This document shows, piece by piece, positions 39,649 through 51,935 of a DNA stretch of 64,000 nt. A program made the position numbers and the translations under genes. Below the pieces are notes generated by a model. The model was not told the DNA's origin. It was given only the letters and a program-made list of their open reading frames with translations, and searched no databases. Within the stretch, counting starts at the first letter, position 1. Every line of letters starts with the position of its first letter. Origin of the DNA: Glycera tridactyla (lineage: Eukaryota); NCBI GenBank assembly GCA_965644265.1, contig OZ286461.1, forward strand, positions 77,314,001 through 77,378,000. Direction: 5' to 3'.

Positions 39649-40176
39649 TTGTGGTGCATTGATTGTATCTCGAGTTATAAAAATACGACTTTGTAGTGAA
39701 TTGATTGTATCTTGAGTAACTGAAATACGACCTTGTAGTGCATTGATTGTATCTTGAGTAACTAAAATACGACCTTGTAGTGCATCGATTGTATCTTGAG
39801 TTACAAAAATACGACTTTGTAGTGCATTGATTGTATCTTGAGTAACTAAAATACGACCTTGTAGTGCATTGATTGTATCTTGAGTAACTAAAATACGACC
39901 TTGTAGTGCATTGATTGTATCTTGAGTTACAAAAATACGACCTTGTAGTGCATTGATTGATCTTGAGTAACTAAAATACGACCTTGTAGTGCATTGATTG
40001 TATCTTGAGTTACAAAAATACGACCTTCTAGTGCATTGATTGTATCTTGAGTGACTAAAATACGACGTTGTAGTGTATTGATGGTATCTTGAGTGACTAG
40101 AATACGACCTTGTAGTGCATTGATTGTATCTTGAGTGACTAAAATACGACCTTCTAGTGCATTGATTGTACCTTGA
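39649..40176. repeat. 42-bp minisatellite, ~12.5 units
   Basis: Unit TTGTAGTGCATTGATTGTATCTTGAGTAACTAAAATACGACC. One unit carries a 1-bp deletion near 39960. Confidence 0.97.
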
Positions 40177-40664
40177 ATTGTCATGAACAAGCACACAAAC
40201 ACAAACACACACACACACACACACACACACCAACTAGCTTGTTTGCACATCAATATATCTCCCTTGTCAAGGAATATCAACGAAGCGTGCGTTCTAAATC
40301 ATTATATTTAGGAGAGGGATCTAATAGGGGGCATCTAATGAAGGAAAAACGTTGAGCATTTTGCCGGAGGTCGATTCAGATAAGTATCGATATATGTCAG
40401 ATGATGATGATGGATGTTCTTAGATTGAAAGCGGCACATCCGCTCTGGCCCTCGGTGAAAAGAATTTCATCAGCAAATGGAACGGTTAGTAGAGCTTGAC
40501 CTTTGAGATATATACAGCCCCTTGGAGCCGCCAAATGATTTGGCACGCTTTTCTTATTACCTCCTCCTTTTTGGAATAGGCGTGAAAGGCTCGCAAAATA
40601 TCTTCAGTGCGACCTGATGTGTCATTGCCAGACAGATATTATAGGCATTGCAATAATGGCGCCA

Positions 40665-40715
40665 TCACCATCATCATCATCATCATCATAATCATCATCA
40701 TCATCATCATCATAA

Positions 40716-40757
<42 letters not shown>

Positions 40758-40760
40758 TCA
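40665..40760. repeat. Compound (ATC)n(GTC)n repeat
   Basis: Directly visible. Confidence 0.9.
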
Positions 40761-41249
40761 GCGCCAGNNNNNNNNNNNNNNNNNNNNNNNNNNNNNNNNN
40801 NNNNNNNNNNNNNNNNNNNNNNNNNNNNNNNNNNNNNNNNNNNNNNNNNNNNNNNNNNNNNNNNNNNNNNNNNNNNNNNNNNNNNNNNNNNNNNNNNNNN
40901 NNNACATACCCCAAATCGTATGTCCATTTTAGATAAAGATCGGAGTCAGTGTAGAATATCTATCCATCTGTGTCTTACTAAACAATGTGCCACACCAACA
41001 TATCAATGATACATACTATGACAAACTCATCGATATACAAACAAAAAGATAGATTTCGTATGCATCACTAACACGCGAGATTGTCTGCCGTAGAAATGCC
41101 AACATGATACAGCGAGAAAGGTAAATGTCATGAGCCCTGTCTCAAGATGCCTATACTCGGATCGGGCATTTTTATGGATGTTGGAAATTCATAGGAGAAT
41201 GCCACTATGAATGCATGGGCAACTAACTTGATCCTCATCCCGGAGTATA

Positions 41250-41960
41250 TCATGCTTTAGATCTTTAAGTAGCTCGTCTTGCACCTCTACTATTTCCTGT
41301 ATACGGTTTTGTCTTACACTTTGTCACAACTATCTTGTATAGTGTATTCAGCTCTTCTAGCAGTGAATATTGTGTAACGAGTACTGTTCGTGACCTGTTT
41401 CAAAATCGCCATTGTAATTGTAGTATTTTAGTCTCACTAAGTACTGAATCTATTTGAGAACGCAATCATCAATTCAGGCAAATTCTTCTGTGATGATGAA
41501 TTTCACAAAGAGGATACAAATTGTCCACGACGAGAAATACCACATCAGGAAGGATTGAATTGATTGAATGAATATCCTCAAACAAAGGTCGATCCCATGG
41601 GATTGACTCGGCTATTAAGGGTGGAACTGGTGCGGAACATCACAGACGGTGAAGACAAGATAGAAGGCCGGCATATTATTGATGTTGAATTAGTCACTCA
41701 CAAGTATTAATTATGTAGAAGCCGGATAAGCATGTCGTACTTCTAACTGACGAAGACAGTGCACATCGTGAACGCATTCCTCATTGTCAGCCTTAAGTTC
41801 TCAGAACGAGATATCGAACGACACCAACAAAGTCGAATCCTGCTGTGGACAACACCATTCTTCACCATTATCATCGTACTAAAGCATACCTTTTAAGGTC
41901 AGACATAGTGGTCCTCCAGTTGTATTAAGTTATACTCCAGAATGCTTTCCTTCAATCCTA
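41250..41960 (-). pseudogene. Possible LINE apurinic-endonuclease relic
   Basis: Minus-strand translation gives LILVSD*FNIN and SHGIDLCL, echoing the APE GDFN and IDL motifs. Many stops. Confidence 0.3.
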
Positions 41961-41969
41961 TGGTGATGT

Positions 41970-42300
41970 AGACTTTCTGGTTCATTCACAAAGAGAGCTG
42001 GGATATGGAAGCAAGGGGTCAGGATTTTAGTAGCCCGAGAATTTCTAGTCAGTTCACAAAGAGAGCTGGCATATGAGAGCAAGGAGTCAGGATTTCAGTA
42101 TAACATCCCGAGAATTTCTGGTAAGTTCACAAATAGAGCTAAAATGTGGTGGCCCAATTTAGGATTCCAGTATCCCGAGACTTTCTGGCCAGTTCACAAA
42201 GCTAGCTAGAATGTAGGAGAAAGAAGTCAGTATTTCACTAGTCAGTTCACAAAGCTAGTTAGAATGTAGGAGCAAGAAGTCAGTATTTCCCTAGCCCGGG
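41970..42300. repeat. Degenerate tandem array, 5 units of 53-73 bp
   Basis: TTCACAAA at 41985, 42053, 42126, 42193 and 42246. The intervening parts are also homologous. Confidence 0.85.
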
Positions 42301-44346
42301 ATGTCACCATTCCCTAATCCTACGAGACAGCTCCGTCCCGCCGCCAGAGCACTCTTATTGTTCTGTAAATTGCCGAAATAATTCTATCTATCCCAGATCT
42401 CAGACACTTCTTCCAGATAATCAAAGTGACTATAGGGTAACTTACTGACAAAACATTGGTCACTTGATGAAGATAAAAGTTTATTCAAGTTTTCTATGTG
42501 TTGGAGGGGAGCATTCCGACCACATTTCAAAGCTCCTATATGTTGATGCTATGGATACAAATGTTTTCAAAAGTTAATCCAGGGTGATGAGGAGCAATAA
42601 AAGTTGTGTTTGATATATTGAAATATCTAGGCGAATGTCATAGCCATATCGTATTTCATCCACATTTTGATTCGCATATTCATCCACATTTCATCAGCAT
42701 TTCAGCCATCATCACATTGCTTTTGTGATATTTACCTCATCATATTGTTTTTTTGTATTTTATCCTAGTTTATATTCATTAATCTGAAGATGACTTCACT
42801 TTTGTGGTTGAGTTTTCGTTACCAAATATATCAATGACATACAAATCAAATCAAAAATCCTGAAGTCGTCTCTGGCATGTATACCACAAGCTCTTGATAT
42901 CATTGATGATTTTTTGCCATACATCTGTCACTCGTCCCATATGTGACAGGTCTGACATTTGCCTGAATATTGCTTCTCACTCATTAGATAGCTTTCCTTG
43001 GAACATCTAATCTCATATCGCCGAAAGCAGATTACTTCGTCTTCTAGCAGTAAAATGTACTAGATTGTACACGAAGGACTCGCTTTATGACCACTGTATT
43101 TCTCTTATTCTGACCAGAAATTCATGTTCAGTACGAGCTGGAATACAGTCAAAATTGTCCTAATCATGAAGCCTCGGGAAGTTGTAAGACTGTGTGCTTA
43201 GAGCAAGTTTATTAGTGCAGGTCAATTATAGTGGGAAATACTCTGATGGGATGAACAAAATCCTTCTTTTTACGGCAAGTTATTGCTTAGCACGAGTCTT
43301 GTTTAGTATATCAATTTGCTGTACGTGTAGCGCCGTGGAACCGTTTCCGGTGACTCAGTCTCCCAAAAGCAACATAAATAAGATATTTGGAAATCGATGA
43401 ATGTTGATATGGTACGTTCTGTCAGTCTTCATGAAACGGCGAAGTTCGAAGGGAATGCACATTTCAAGTCTTTTGATATATTGCCTTCGAAGGCATTGAA
43501 TCTGTTTCATCCATCGTATTCATTCAAACATGATTGTTTATATATACATATTTCCACATTGATGATATGTTCATGAGCATGATTAGATACAACGCTGAAA
43601 AGTGACTGTTCGATTGTGATCAATCTTTGTTGCTTATCGCATTTGACAATTTCTGACGTGTGGTGGAATGGTTAGCAAATATCGGGTTGTGAAGTGAAAT
43701 ACGCCAACTTTTATGTTGAATCTATGAGAACAACCATCGGTCTATGAGTATATGCCGTATTGATGACATCAACAGCTTGAATGTCGAGACCATAACATCC
43801 AAGGCTTATACAGTGGTTGCTGTTGGCATGAGGAATCAGATTATTAAAGTTGTTTGATGATTCATCTGGTACCAAATATTCAGAGACAACTATGCTTCGA
43901 TGATAATGATGATGGTGGTGGTGGTTGGCGCTTGAGTTTCACACATTTAGAAGATAGAGTGATTTCACATTCTCTAACCAGGAGCCCGTAAATATCCAAC
44001 AACATATACACGGTTACAACATTTTAGCGACTAACTATAATCTGCAAAATCATGAGTCTTTTTTCCTTTTTCTCATGCTTCTATCTCTCTCGTGAGGTGA
44101 GCTTCCATCTCTCTCGTCATATTCTCGCCGTCGCTATGTGATTCATCCCCATTACAGAAAGTTGTGCTTGTTGTCTGCCTGCTATATATTCTAATCACTC
44201 AACTGCTTACACACGTCACCCGCCTAATCTTCTATCGCGATCTAAGGTCAGCAGTGTTGGTGGATATTACACTAGTTTTCAAGGATACCATACCTGGTCG
44301 TTAATCAACGGATGCATGCCACGTAATGTGTGCAAATAATCAAGTG

Positions 44347-44347
<1 letters not shown>

Positions 44348-44417
<70 letters not shown>
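44348..44417. repeat. (GT)n microsatellite
   Basis: Directly visible. Confidence 0.97.
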
Positions 44418-44423
<6 letters not shown>

Positions 44424-47088
44424 CACACGTGGGTATGGGTGTATGCACGGGTATGAGTGTGCCATGGGCAAATGGTGAATGTGAATGTGAGCCCCAATTA
44501 CATTTTTTTTTCGGTGCTAATTGGAAACACTTATCATTGAGTGCACCTATACATCCAATGAAACGGTCCTCTGAACTTATTTATAGACGTGAACATCATC
44601 GTTGCAGTTCCCAGATAACTCTGTTCAAGAGATGAAGTCGATGGGAAATATTAGCTGCAGTAACTTCCGGTGACATTTTCCCGGCCTCCCCACCAGCTGG
44701 GCTTCCCGATTATCTTATACGTCAGTCTCTTCGCAAGGTGAATTCACCAAGGGCCCGCAATTCTAATTCTCCGCAAATCATCGACATAATTATGTGAGTC
44801 CCTACACTCCGGCAGTTACCTATAATGTCATTTTGGAGGAATCGTTCTGGTATGTTCATAACTGTCAACTTTATCCGATCATGTTCTCGATCCTGGTGAT
44901 TCATCCGATTAGACAGATTCTGAGATGACAGACAGCAGCATGATTTTGATAATGCAGTCCAGTGAGGCCTCTAACGTAGTACGCGAAGAGACGTCTTTTT
45001 GTAGATCACGACCTAACTGATAGAGTATGATGTGACGGAGAAGCCTGAATCCCCACATTTTTGATATCTCACTTTATGATCGAATAGTTGACTTGAGAAT
45101 AGTCACCGATTTGGGAAAAACAGAAACGCCGATTGTTCCGAGAACTTCCATTNNNNNNNNNNNNNNNNNNNNNNNNNNNNNNNNNNNNNNNNNNNNNNNN
45201 NNNNNNNNNNNNNNNNNNNNNNNNNNNNNNNNNNNNNNNNNNNNNNNNNNNNNNNNNNNNNNNNNNNNNNNNNNNNNNNNNNNNNNNNNNNNNNNNNNNN
45301 NNNNNNNNNNNNNNNNNNNNNNNNNNNNNNNTAGTGATGATGCCATTTCGTCCCAGATCTCTACCCATTTTTACCCGAGAGACAGAAGCCCCAGGGGTCA
45401 ATGACACATTTTCAGAGCGAGATATGTCTAATGGAGGTTGCCTCCGGCGCTAATATGTGTTTACAGGATGCTGATGGTGAGGTCGAGTTGCCAAGGAGCC
45501 GGGCAGTGGGCTTTGGAATCAACCAAGTCCATCCATAAAGTCAAACCACATCATGAATTGTCAGCATTTTCCTGGCCTCTGTTCGGATCCTCAGCTCGCG
45601 AGTACCCACTAATCAAATGTATTGATGCAAGCTTGATGCTCATTGGAAGCACCTATCAATCGGTGTCATATATCTTACAGGAGGGTCCTATCATTATTCA
45701 ATGTTGGTCGAATATGAGATAAATATGAACACAAAATATAGAGAGAGTGACTGTATGTCTCCTCAACAAGTGTTAATCAGGGTTGTTAGGGAGGGAGGTG
45801 TACGTGGAATGTTGGGGATGCTTGCAGTGTATGAGTCTGTGTAACGAATGCGGTGTAACTGATGATTTCCGGATCATCTTTGGCGTGACTGGCTTGACCA
45901 CAGGCCATGATGACATGATGTATCCGGCCAATGATGGTGACAGTGCTGCTTCACCGATGATGCGAAGGTTAGCATCACTTCTGCCGGCCATTTCACTACT
46001 GTTCGAAGCATCCCCAACTTATGCGGCTACCTCTCCTTGTGTCACTTCTAAGTCCACCATCAACGTAAATTATACCAAGATGATCAACTTGCAATCAATT
46101 GTGCCCTACGCTTTCGTCTCTGCCTTTTCCTATCCCAGATTTATAACAAAATCCTCTGGTTCAGGACATAGATAAGTGACCTGTCATCAATGTGTGCTAT
46201 TCTTTTGTCTATTTTGAAGATATCAGAGAATCTGATGATTCTGACTTGACAGATGAAGCAAAGTAACGGCATTATTTCTGGGATCAAATCTAGGATCGAT
46301 CAGGATGGTTGGAAAATCTGTGAAGTGAGGGAATGCTCGACTTGACGTGAATGGTCTCTGATGTCCAATAAATGATGTCCGAGTCCATCATGTTTTGTTG
46401 GTTGGTTGGTTGGTTGGTTGGATGTTGTTCTCATTCTCTGTACAAAGCCTTGACTATCGATAAACGCCCCTGCAATGACCGGATCTCAAACGGGAATGAA
46501 ATTCGCAAAATAGATAGACACGCGAAGTCTCATCGCTAACTTCGCGGATTCTGAATTCTCCAGAGGATGCATTCGAACTGGAGCCACTGACAATTGTGGC
46601 AAAGATATAAATCATATGTAATTCATTAGAATCCAGTAATGACTTGTGAAATTACTACCGAAATGATGACAGGATAGGCAATCTCCAAGACAAAACCAAA
46701 GCTACATCCCATTATTGCAATGTATCATACACGTTGGAAATACTGAAGCTGGCCAGCTTGAAAATCCAAAATGGAACTTGTCCCTTCAACTGAAAATCTA
46801 TAGAATGTGTTGATTGAGTTTCCTCTCTATTAGGTGAGGAGTCAAACAAAGCCAACTAAATATTCCTTTTCATATTACCTAAAAGCTCTCTCGATTTTGA
46901 GGTCATGAAACAAGGCTGAAAACATGGTTCAAGGACCTACCAAGGTGGAGACGATTTTGACAGCATGTCTGATTTGAGAGGTCGACTCCAATGGTTTACA
47001 GTCTGATATCCATAGCATATTCACTCGACCTCACAATCTCATTCATGGCAGATCTGCTCAGACTCGAGCTTTTATCTGGCCACTAGAG

Positions 47089-47517
47089 GTGGCCACTAGG
47101 TAGGTGCAGACACTTTTGTTCTCAATTGAGCAGCGCTGTTTACAACAGTGAGCAGGGCTCGGAACGGTGACCATCGTGGACAAGGTCCATCATTCCATAC
47201 CGGACCTGCACCATTCCAAAGATCTGTAAGATCTGCAGTACTCACTGAGGAGACACTTCTGTGTGGGGGTAAGTGAGTGGAACCTCTCTACTCCACCACT
47301 TCACTTCACCCAGGTGTGAATGTGTACTTAGCGTATTGGCAGTGATGGTGATTGTAGAGTATTGAGCCCATGCACTTCATTCTGTATCAGTGGTTGTATA
47401 CTCCCCTGGGATATGAGAAAGACTCAAGCTTGAACAGGCCTACCGAGGAATGTATTTGTGAAGTTGGGTGAACTTGCTAAGGATACCAGACTATAAACCA
47501 TTACACTTACATTTTAT
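47089..47517 (+). mobile_element. SINE family B copy 2
   Basis: Homologous to 36523-36907. Contains CACCCAGGTGTGAATGTGTACTT. Confidence 0.7.
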
Positions 47518-47691
47518 CCACTAGGGAGGATACAATCACAAATACTAAATTGACGACATGCACTATTCACCCCACAATGACCACCACTGCATTCACTCAA
47601 ATACCCACTAACACTTGGTCGAATTGAAATGGTGGAGTAACGAGACTCCACTCACCTCGACACACAGGTGCCTTCTTGGTGGCGAGAACTA

Positions 47692-47798
47692 CAGTCGAAC
47701 CTGTTCTAAGCAGCCACACTTCGGGTGGGAAATCCGAAAGTGGCTGCTTAGAGCAGGTGGCTGCTTAGTACAGTGGCTGCTTAGGATAGGTCAGACTG
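47692..47798. mobile_element. pogo/Tigger-like MITE with TA target-site duplication
   Basis: TA-CAGTCGAACCTGTTCTAAGCAGCCAC ... GTGGCTGCTTAGGATAGGTCAGACTG-TA. Confidence 0.85.
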
Positions 47799-47822
47799 TA
47801 CATATCACATAGATCTGTGCAA

Positions 47823-48005
47823 TAGTGTGGGTCCAGTCTCAAAGGGTTAAGGTGTCCATGTCAGTCACCAATCTGAGCAGGAACCCTGTCTATAATCGTG
47901 AATAATACCATACAATACAGTGTCGATTCAGTCTCCAATGGTTAACGTGTCCATCTTTGTCACCAATCTGAGCAGGAACCCTGTTTATAGTCGTGAATAA
48001 TACCG
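47823..48005. repeat. ~95-bp tandem duplication
   Basis: GTCACCAATCTGAGCAGGAACCCTGT..GTGAATAATACC occurs twice. Confidence 0.9.
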
Positions 48006-48473
48006 TTCAGGTATGGTCGAGTAACTGCATCACAACTAGTTCTGGAATAAGGGGGACAGAAAACAATAGATTATACACTGCCATATTCATTATCCACACT
48101 CCCCGATGAAATATATGTTTATAATTCTTTCTCCCACGAGTAATTACTTTGATGGCACATTTCAGATCAATACAAATTGCGAAAGGATGGATATCAACTC
48201 TGGCATCTCGCATTTTTGTGTCATGTGATATATTGATAAAATCTCATCAATCTCTTTGGTGTAATCTTGATCGAGAATTCCCACTAATTACATGATTATT
48301 CAAATGAATGAATGATTGCGTGTTTCTTGATCTGCTGATGACTCGTTTGATGAGCCATTGATTGATTGAATGATTGATTGGTTGATAGATTGGTTGCATG
48401 ATTGGTCGACGTACTATGGTCAGTCATAGGAAACAAGCCTGAATAATTGCTGTGAGTCAGCAGGCTAATTGTT

Positions 48474-48972
48474 GGAGAGCTGCGTGGTGTAGTGGTAGCA
48501 TATTCACACTTGACCCAAATGAAAAACAGCTGTGGGTGCAGCAAGTTGTGGGATGGGTGACCACGGCTGGGACGTGAGGATTCAGTATGGGTGAGCCATA
48601 CACCACACTAATAGTCACAGACAACATGAGTGGTCTGCCCCACCCCCCACCCTCAGTGTTGAGCTCAAAACACAGAAAGGGCATGAGCTACACACCACCA
48701 GGGCTGGTTGATGGTGTGAGCCCCTATCTGGGATCTGAAAACAATTGTCCTAGGTTAGTAGTAGCGCTTCAATAATTGACTACAGAGAACAGCTACACGA
48801 ATTCTCCTTCTCAGCATACACATACTTGCAAGCACGAGCAGAGGCTTTGGCCTTGCCAAATTCAGACCTGTCACCCATAAAAAGCTAACAGCAGCACTGC
48901 GAAGATCTGAACTTTCAGGCTCTAAAAGTGGTACTGGACTGGGATCAACCAAAACAGACAAATAAACAAATA
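48474..48972 (+). mobile_element. SINE family A copy 2
   Basis: Head GGAGAGCTGCGTGGTGTAGTGGTAGC, internal GGATGGGTGACC, tail AAACAGACAAATAAACAAA. Collinear with the two minus-strand copies. Confidence 0.8.
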
Positions 48973-49082
48973 ATCACTGTGAATTCAAACCTACATGTCT
49001 TATGTCAATGCTGAGATTGCTGCTCCTTCAAGTAGATGGATCTGCGATAGCTACAAAATGAGTGCTAACCTGATAGTATATA

Positions 49083-49246
49083 CAATCGAACCACCTCTCT
49101 ATAAAGACCACTTCTCTATGAAGATCACCTAAGCTGCGACCGTGGTAGTATTTACAACAGTAAATTACCTCTCTATAAAGATGACCTGCCTATGAAGACC
49201 ACTTTTTGATACGACCGAAGGCGGTCATTATAGACAGGTTCGACTG
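49083..49246. mobile_element. pogo/Tigger-like MITE (second subfamily) with TA target-site duplication
   Basis: TA-CAATCGAACC ... GGTTCGACTG-TA. Internal CTCTATAAAGA(CC/TG)AC repeats. Confidence 0.8.
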
Positions 49247-50375
49247 TAGATGGCGAAACCTACAGTCAAGTGAATGAAATTGATAGCCCCGCCTGACCTT
49301 CTATTGTAAAAACCTAAAATATGTGGAATATGTGAAGTCATTGTATTTTCAGTGTCCACCGGGACTCGATACAAAACATGTCTGACTAGAAGGGATGAGA
49401 ATCTGACCCTAACAAACCAGGACAATCTCCATCCCTGTTTCTCGAATATTCTGTCTGGCCTTGGGACGAATACAGCTGTCCTTTCTCGGCAAGATATGGG
49501 ATATGTGTGGAGGTATTGCTCACTTGATAGCCCGAGTTGCACAGAATCATTAAGTAGGTCCAATTGCTAGCCTCATGCAAGAATTTGCTATGGAAAAGAT
49601 TTGGGAGCAAACGATTATGGAAAGAGATATGTATATGGGCGGGAACAACAATGTATGGTATTTTTCATGACAGCATTCTCTGGAGTGAAATACATGCCTG
49701 AACTGAGTGCTCATCATGCATGAGGTCCATTGTTTGATTTTTCAGAATGATATAGAGGGGCATCCTCTCCTTGGATGCACATGTGAGAGGTAGGCCGATA
49801 CAGAGAGGAGGAAATGAGACGCACCTTAAAAACTCAGACATTCAGAGAGCTTATGCATAAAAAGTGATTCCACAGTTACTGCCTGAAATCGAGTATAGTT
49901 CTCATTGCGTATATTTCAAGGCTAGTAGCCGGATAGTTTGCCATCATGGCTGAAAGTTTGTCCGATGTAATTAATTGGTAAATGTCGGCTAATCACATTA
50001 ACAACGCCATTTTGATGAAATTGACGTTGTAATTGACGGTACAAACGAGGCGGCTCTTGTTCGACCAGTGGCTTACACACTCCGTCAAAACTCCATCAAA
50101 ATGTCCATAGCTCGCACATATACCTAAAAAGCGATATAATGAATAACATCGATAGTGTACCTGATCGTTACTGATATATACCATTTCAAGATATGCTACT
50201 ATGATGGTAAGAGGTTCAGAGCAATATCAGTTCGTTCGATGTTTTGACCAATTGTTTGGTTTTCTTCTATGGAAGGCAGTCAACGTTGCTGTAACGAAGG
50301 TGGACAGTCGACAAACAAAGAGAGACAGGCAGACAGACAGGCAGACAGAAGACTATTAATCTATGCATATACCCA

Positions 50376-50392
50376 TCTATCTATCTATCTAT

Positions 50393-50442
<50 letters not shown>
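50376..50442. repeat. (TATC)n/(TA)n microsatellite
   Basis: Directly visible. Confidence 0.95.
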
Positions 50443-50444
<2 letters not shown>

Positions 50445-51814
50445 CACATGCTGATATACATATTCATTCCACAAGTTTCATCTACATTGACACGGGTCGG
50501 GATAGCACATATCCTCATCAGAAGAGGCATCATTTGCATGCTGTCTGCGGCTATGCGTATCTCGCATGCTCTCACATGCCCCAACCCTCCTTCCTGACAC
50601 CGACACCTATAATTCTATCCATGCTAACATCGTCGTGTGAAACCATTATACTCGAGTTCTTGCGGAATGTCAGTGATCGTCGAAGGGTCCAACGGTCTTG
50701 CAGATATTTGAGCAACTATTGAATGCACCCCTTTCTTCGGTCATCTTCAGTAAATTTGACATGAGGACTTGAATTCGAAATAACTCTGAAATAATGATGA
50801 TTTGATGGATCTTGTGCAATCGATGTGATTCTCCTGAATATGGTTATGGAACTTGTATTCCCAGTTATGAAACATCGCATCGTTGTGATGGTATAGTGAT
50901 GATAAATTTTGGCGGGTACTTTTCTTTTCTAAACTTGCCATTCGACATTGTGCTAGAGTAGCCTCGTACAGGGACAGCAGTGTGTCGATATGTGGGCCAT
51001 TGTGATAGATGAGAGCAGTGTGGTTTAGAAGCATCTACACTATTGACATAAATAATTAATTGAGTCAGGGACGGAGCCGTCTTCCCCTAGGAGTCTGCTA
51101 AAAGCATATGCCGTGAGTGTCACCGCCAACTACAAGACATGCGCTCTCACCGCAGAAAGTGTCATATTCCATTCTGAGTAATGAAATCGAGAGCACCAAC
51201 CTACACAAAGAAAAATGTCATTACTCGGACTACATGATTTGCTACATGATTCGAGAGGCATGAGAGAACAAATCAGAAATTTTGCGACCTGGATGTATGT
51301 TGAAATCTATGCCTGCGTGAAGGGATGTTTCGATCATGCAGAGATGCCACATGATATGGTAATTTCACTGCAAGACAGATGTATGTATATGAGTCAATGG
51401 CGAAGTTACTCTACCTTGAATATCTCCAATAACTGAAATACTTAACTTTAGAAGGAATATGAGGGTATATCTCCATCATGAAGAATCCACTAATGTATAC
51501 ATGGATATGCTCAGGTCATCAGGTATCCCAACATTACACCAATATCCTGCCCTAGCTACAACTGCACATCCGTATCATGACGGGTCTCCCTTCAAAAATG
51601 CATCTGAGCAAACAATAGATATGATAGTGAGATATAGAGTTGGAAGGGAGAACGGTGAGAAGTGTTGATGGGGTCATGGTCGACGGTATTACCCATTCAT
51701 CGTCATATTGGTCGTGTTCCTTTGAATCCAATAATCAAAGCTTCACTTTTGTACTATTATGTCTTATGCAACATAATTGTTTTTGGTTATTCTACGAACG
51801 GAAATGACAAGGTC

Positions 51815-51935
51815 TGGTGGTGGTGGTGGTGGTGGTGGTGGTGGTGGTGGTGGTGATGGTTGTGGTGGTGATGGTGGTGGTGGTGGTGCTGCTGCTGCTG
51901 GTGGTGGCGGCGGCGGCGGTAGTGGAGGTGACGCT
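51815..51935. repeat. Compound (GGT)n(GCT)n(GGC)n trinucleotide tract
   Basis: Directly visible. Confidence 0.93.

Noticed and set aside
41970-42300. CRISPR-like repeat-spacer pattern (also considered for the 71-, 52- and 49-bp arrays)
   Set aside because: The would-be spacers are homologous to each other, there are no cas genes, and the context is eukaryotic.
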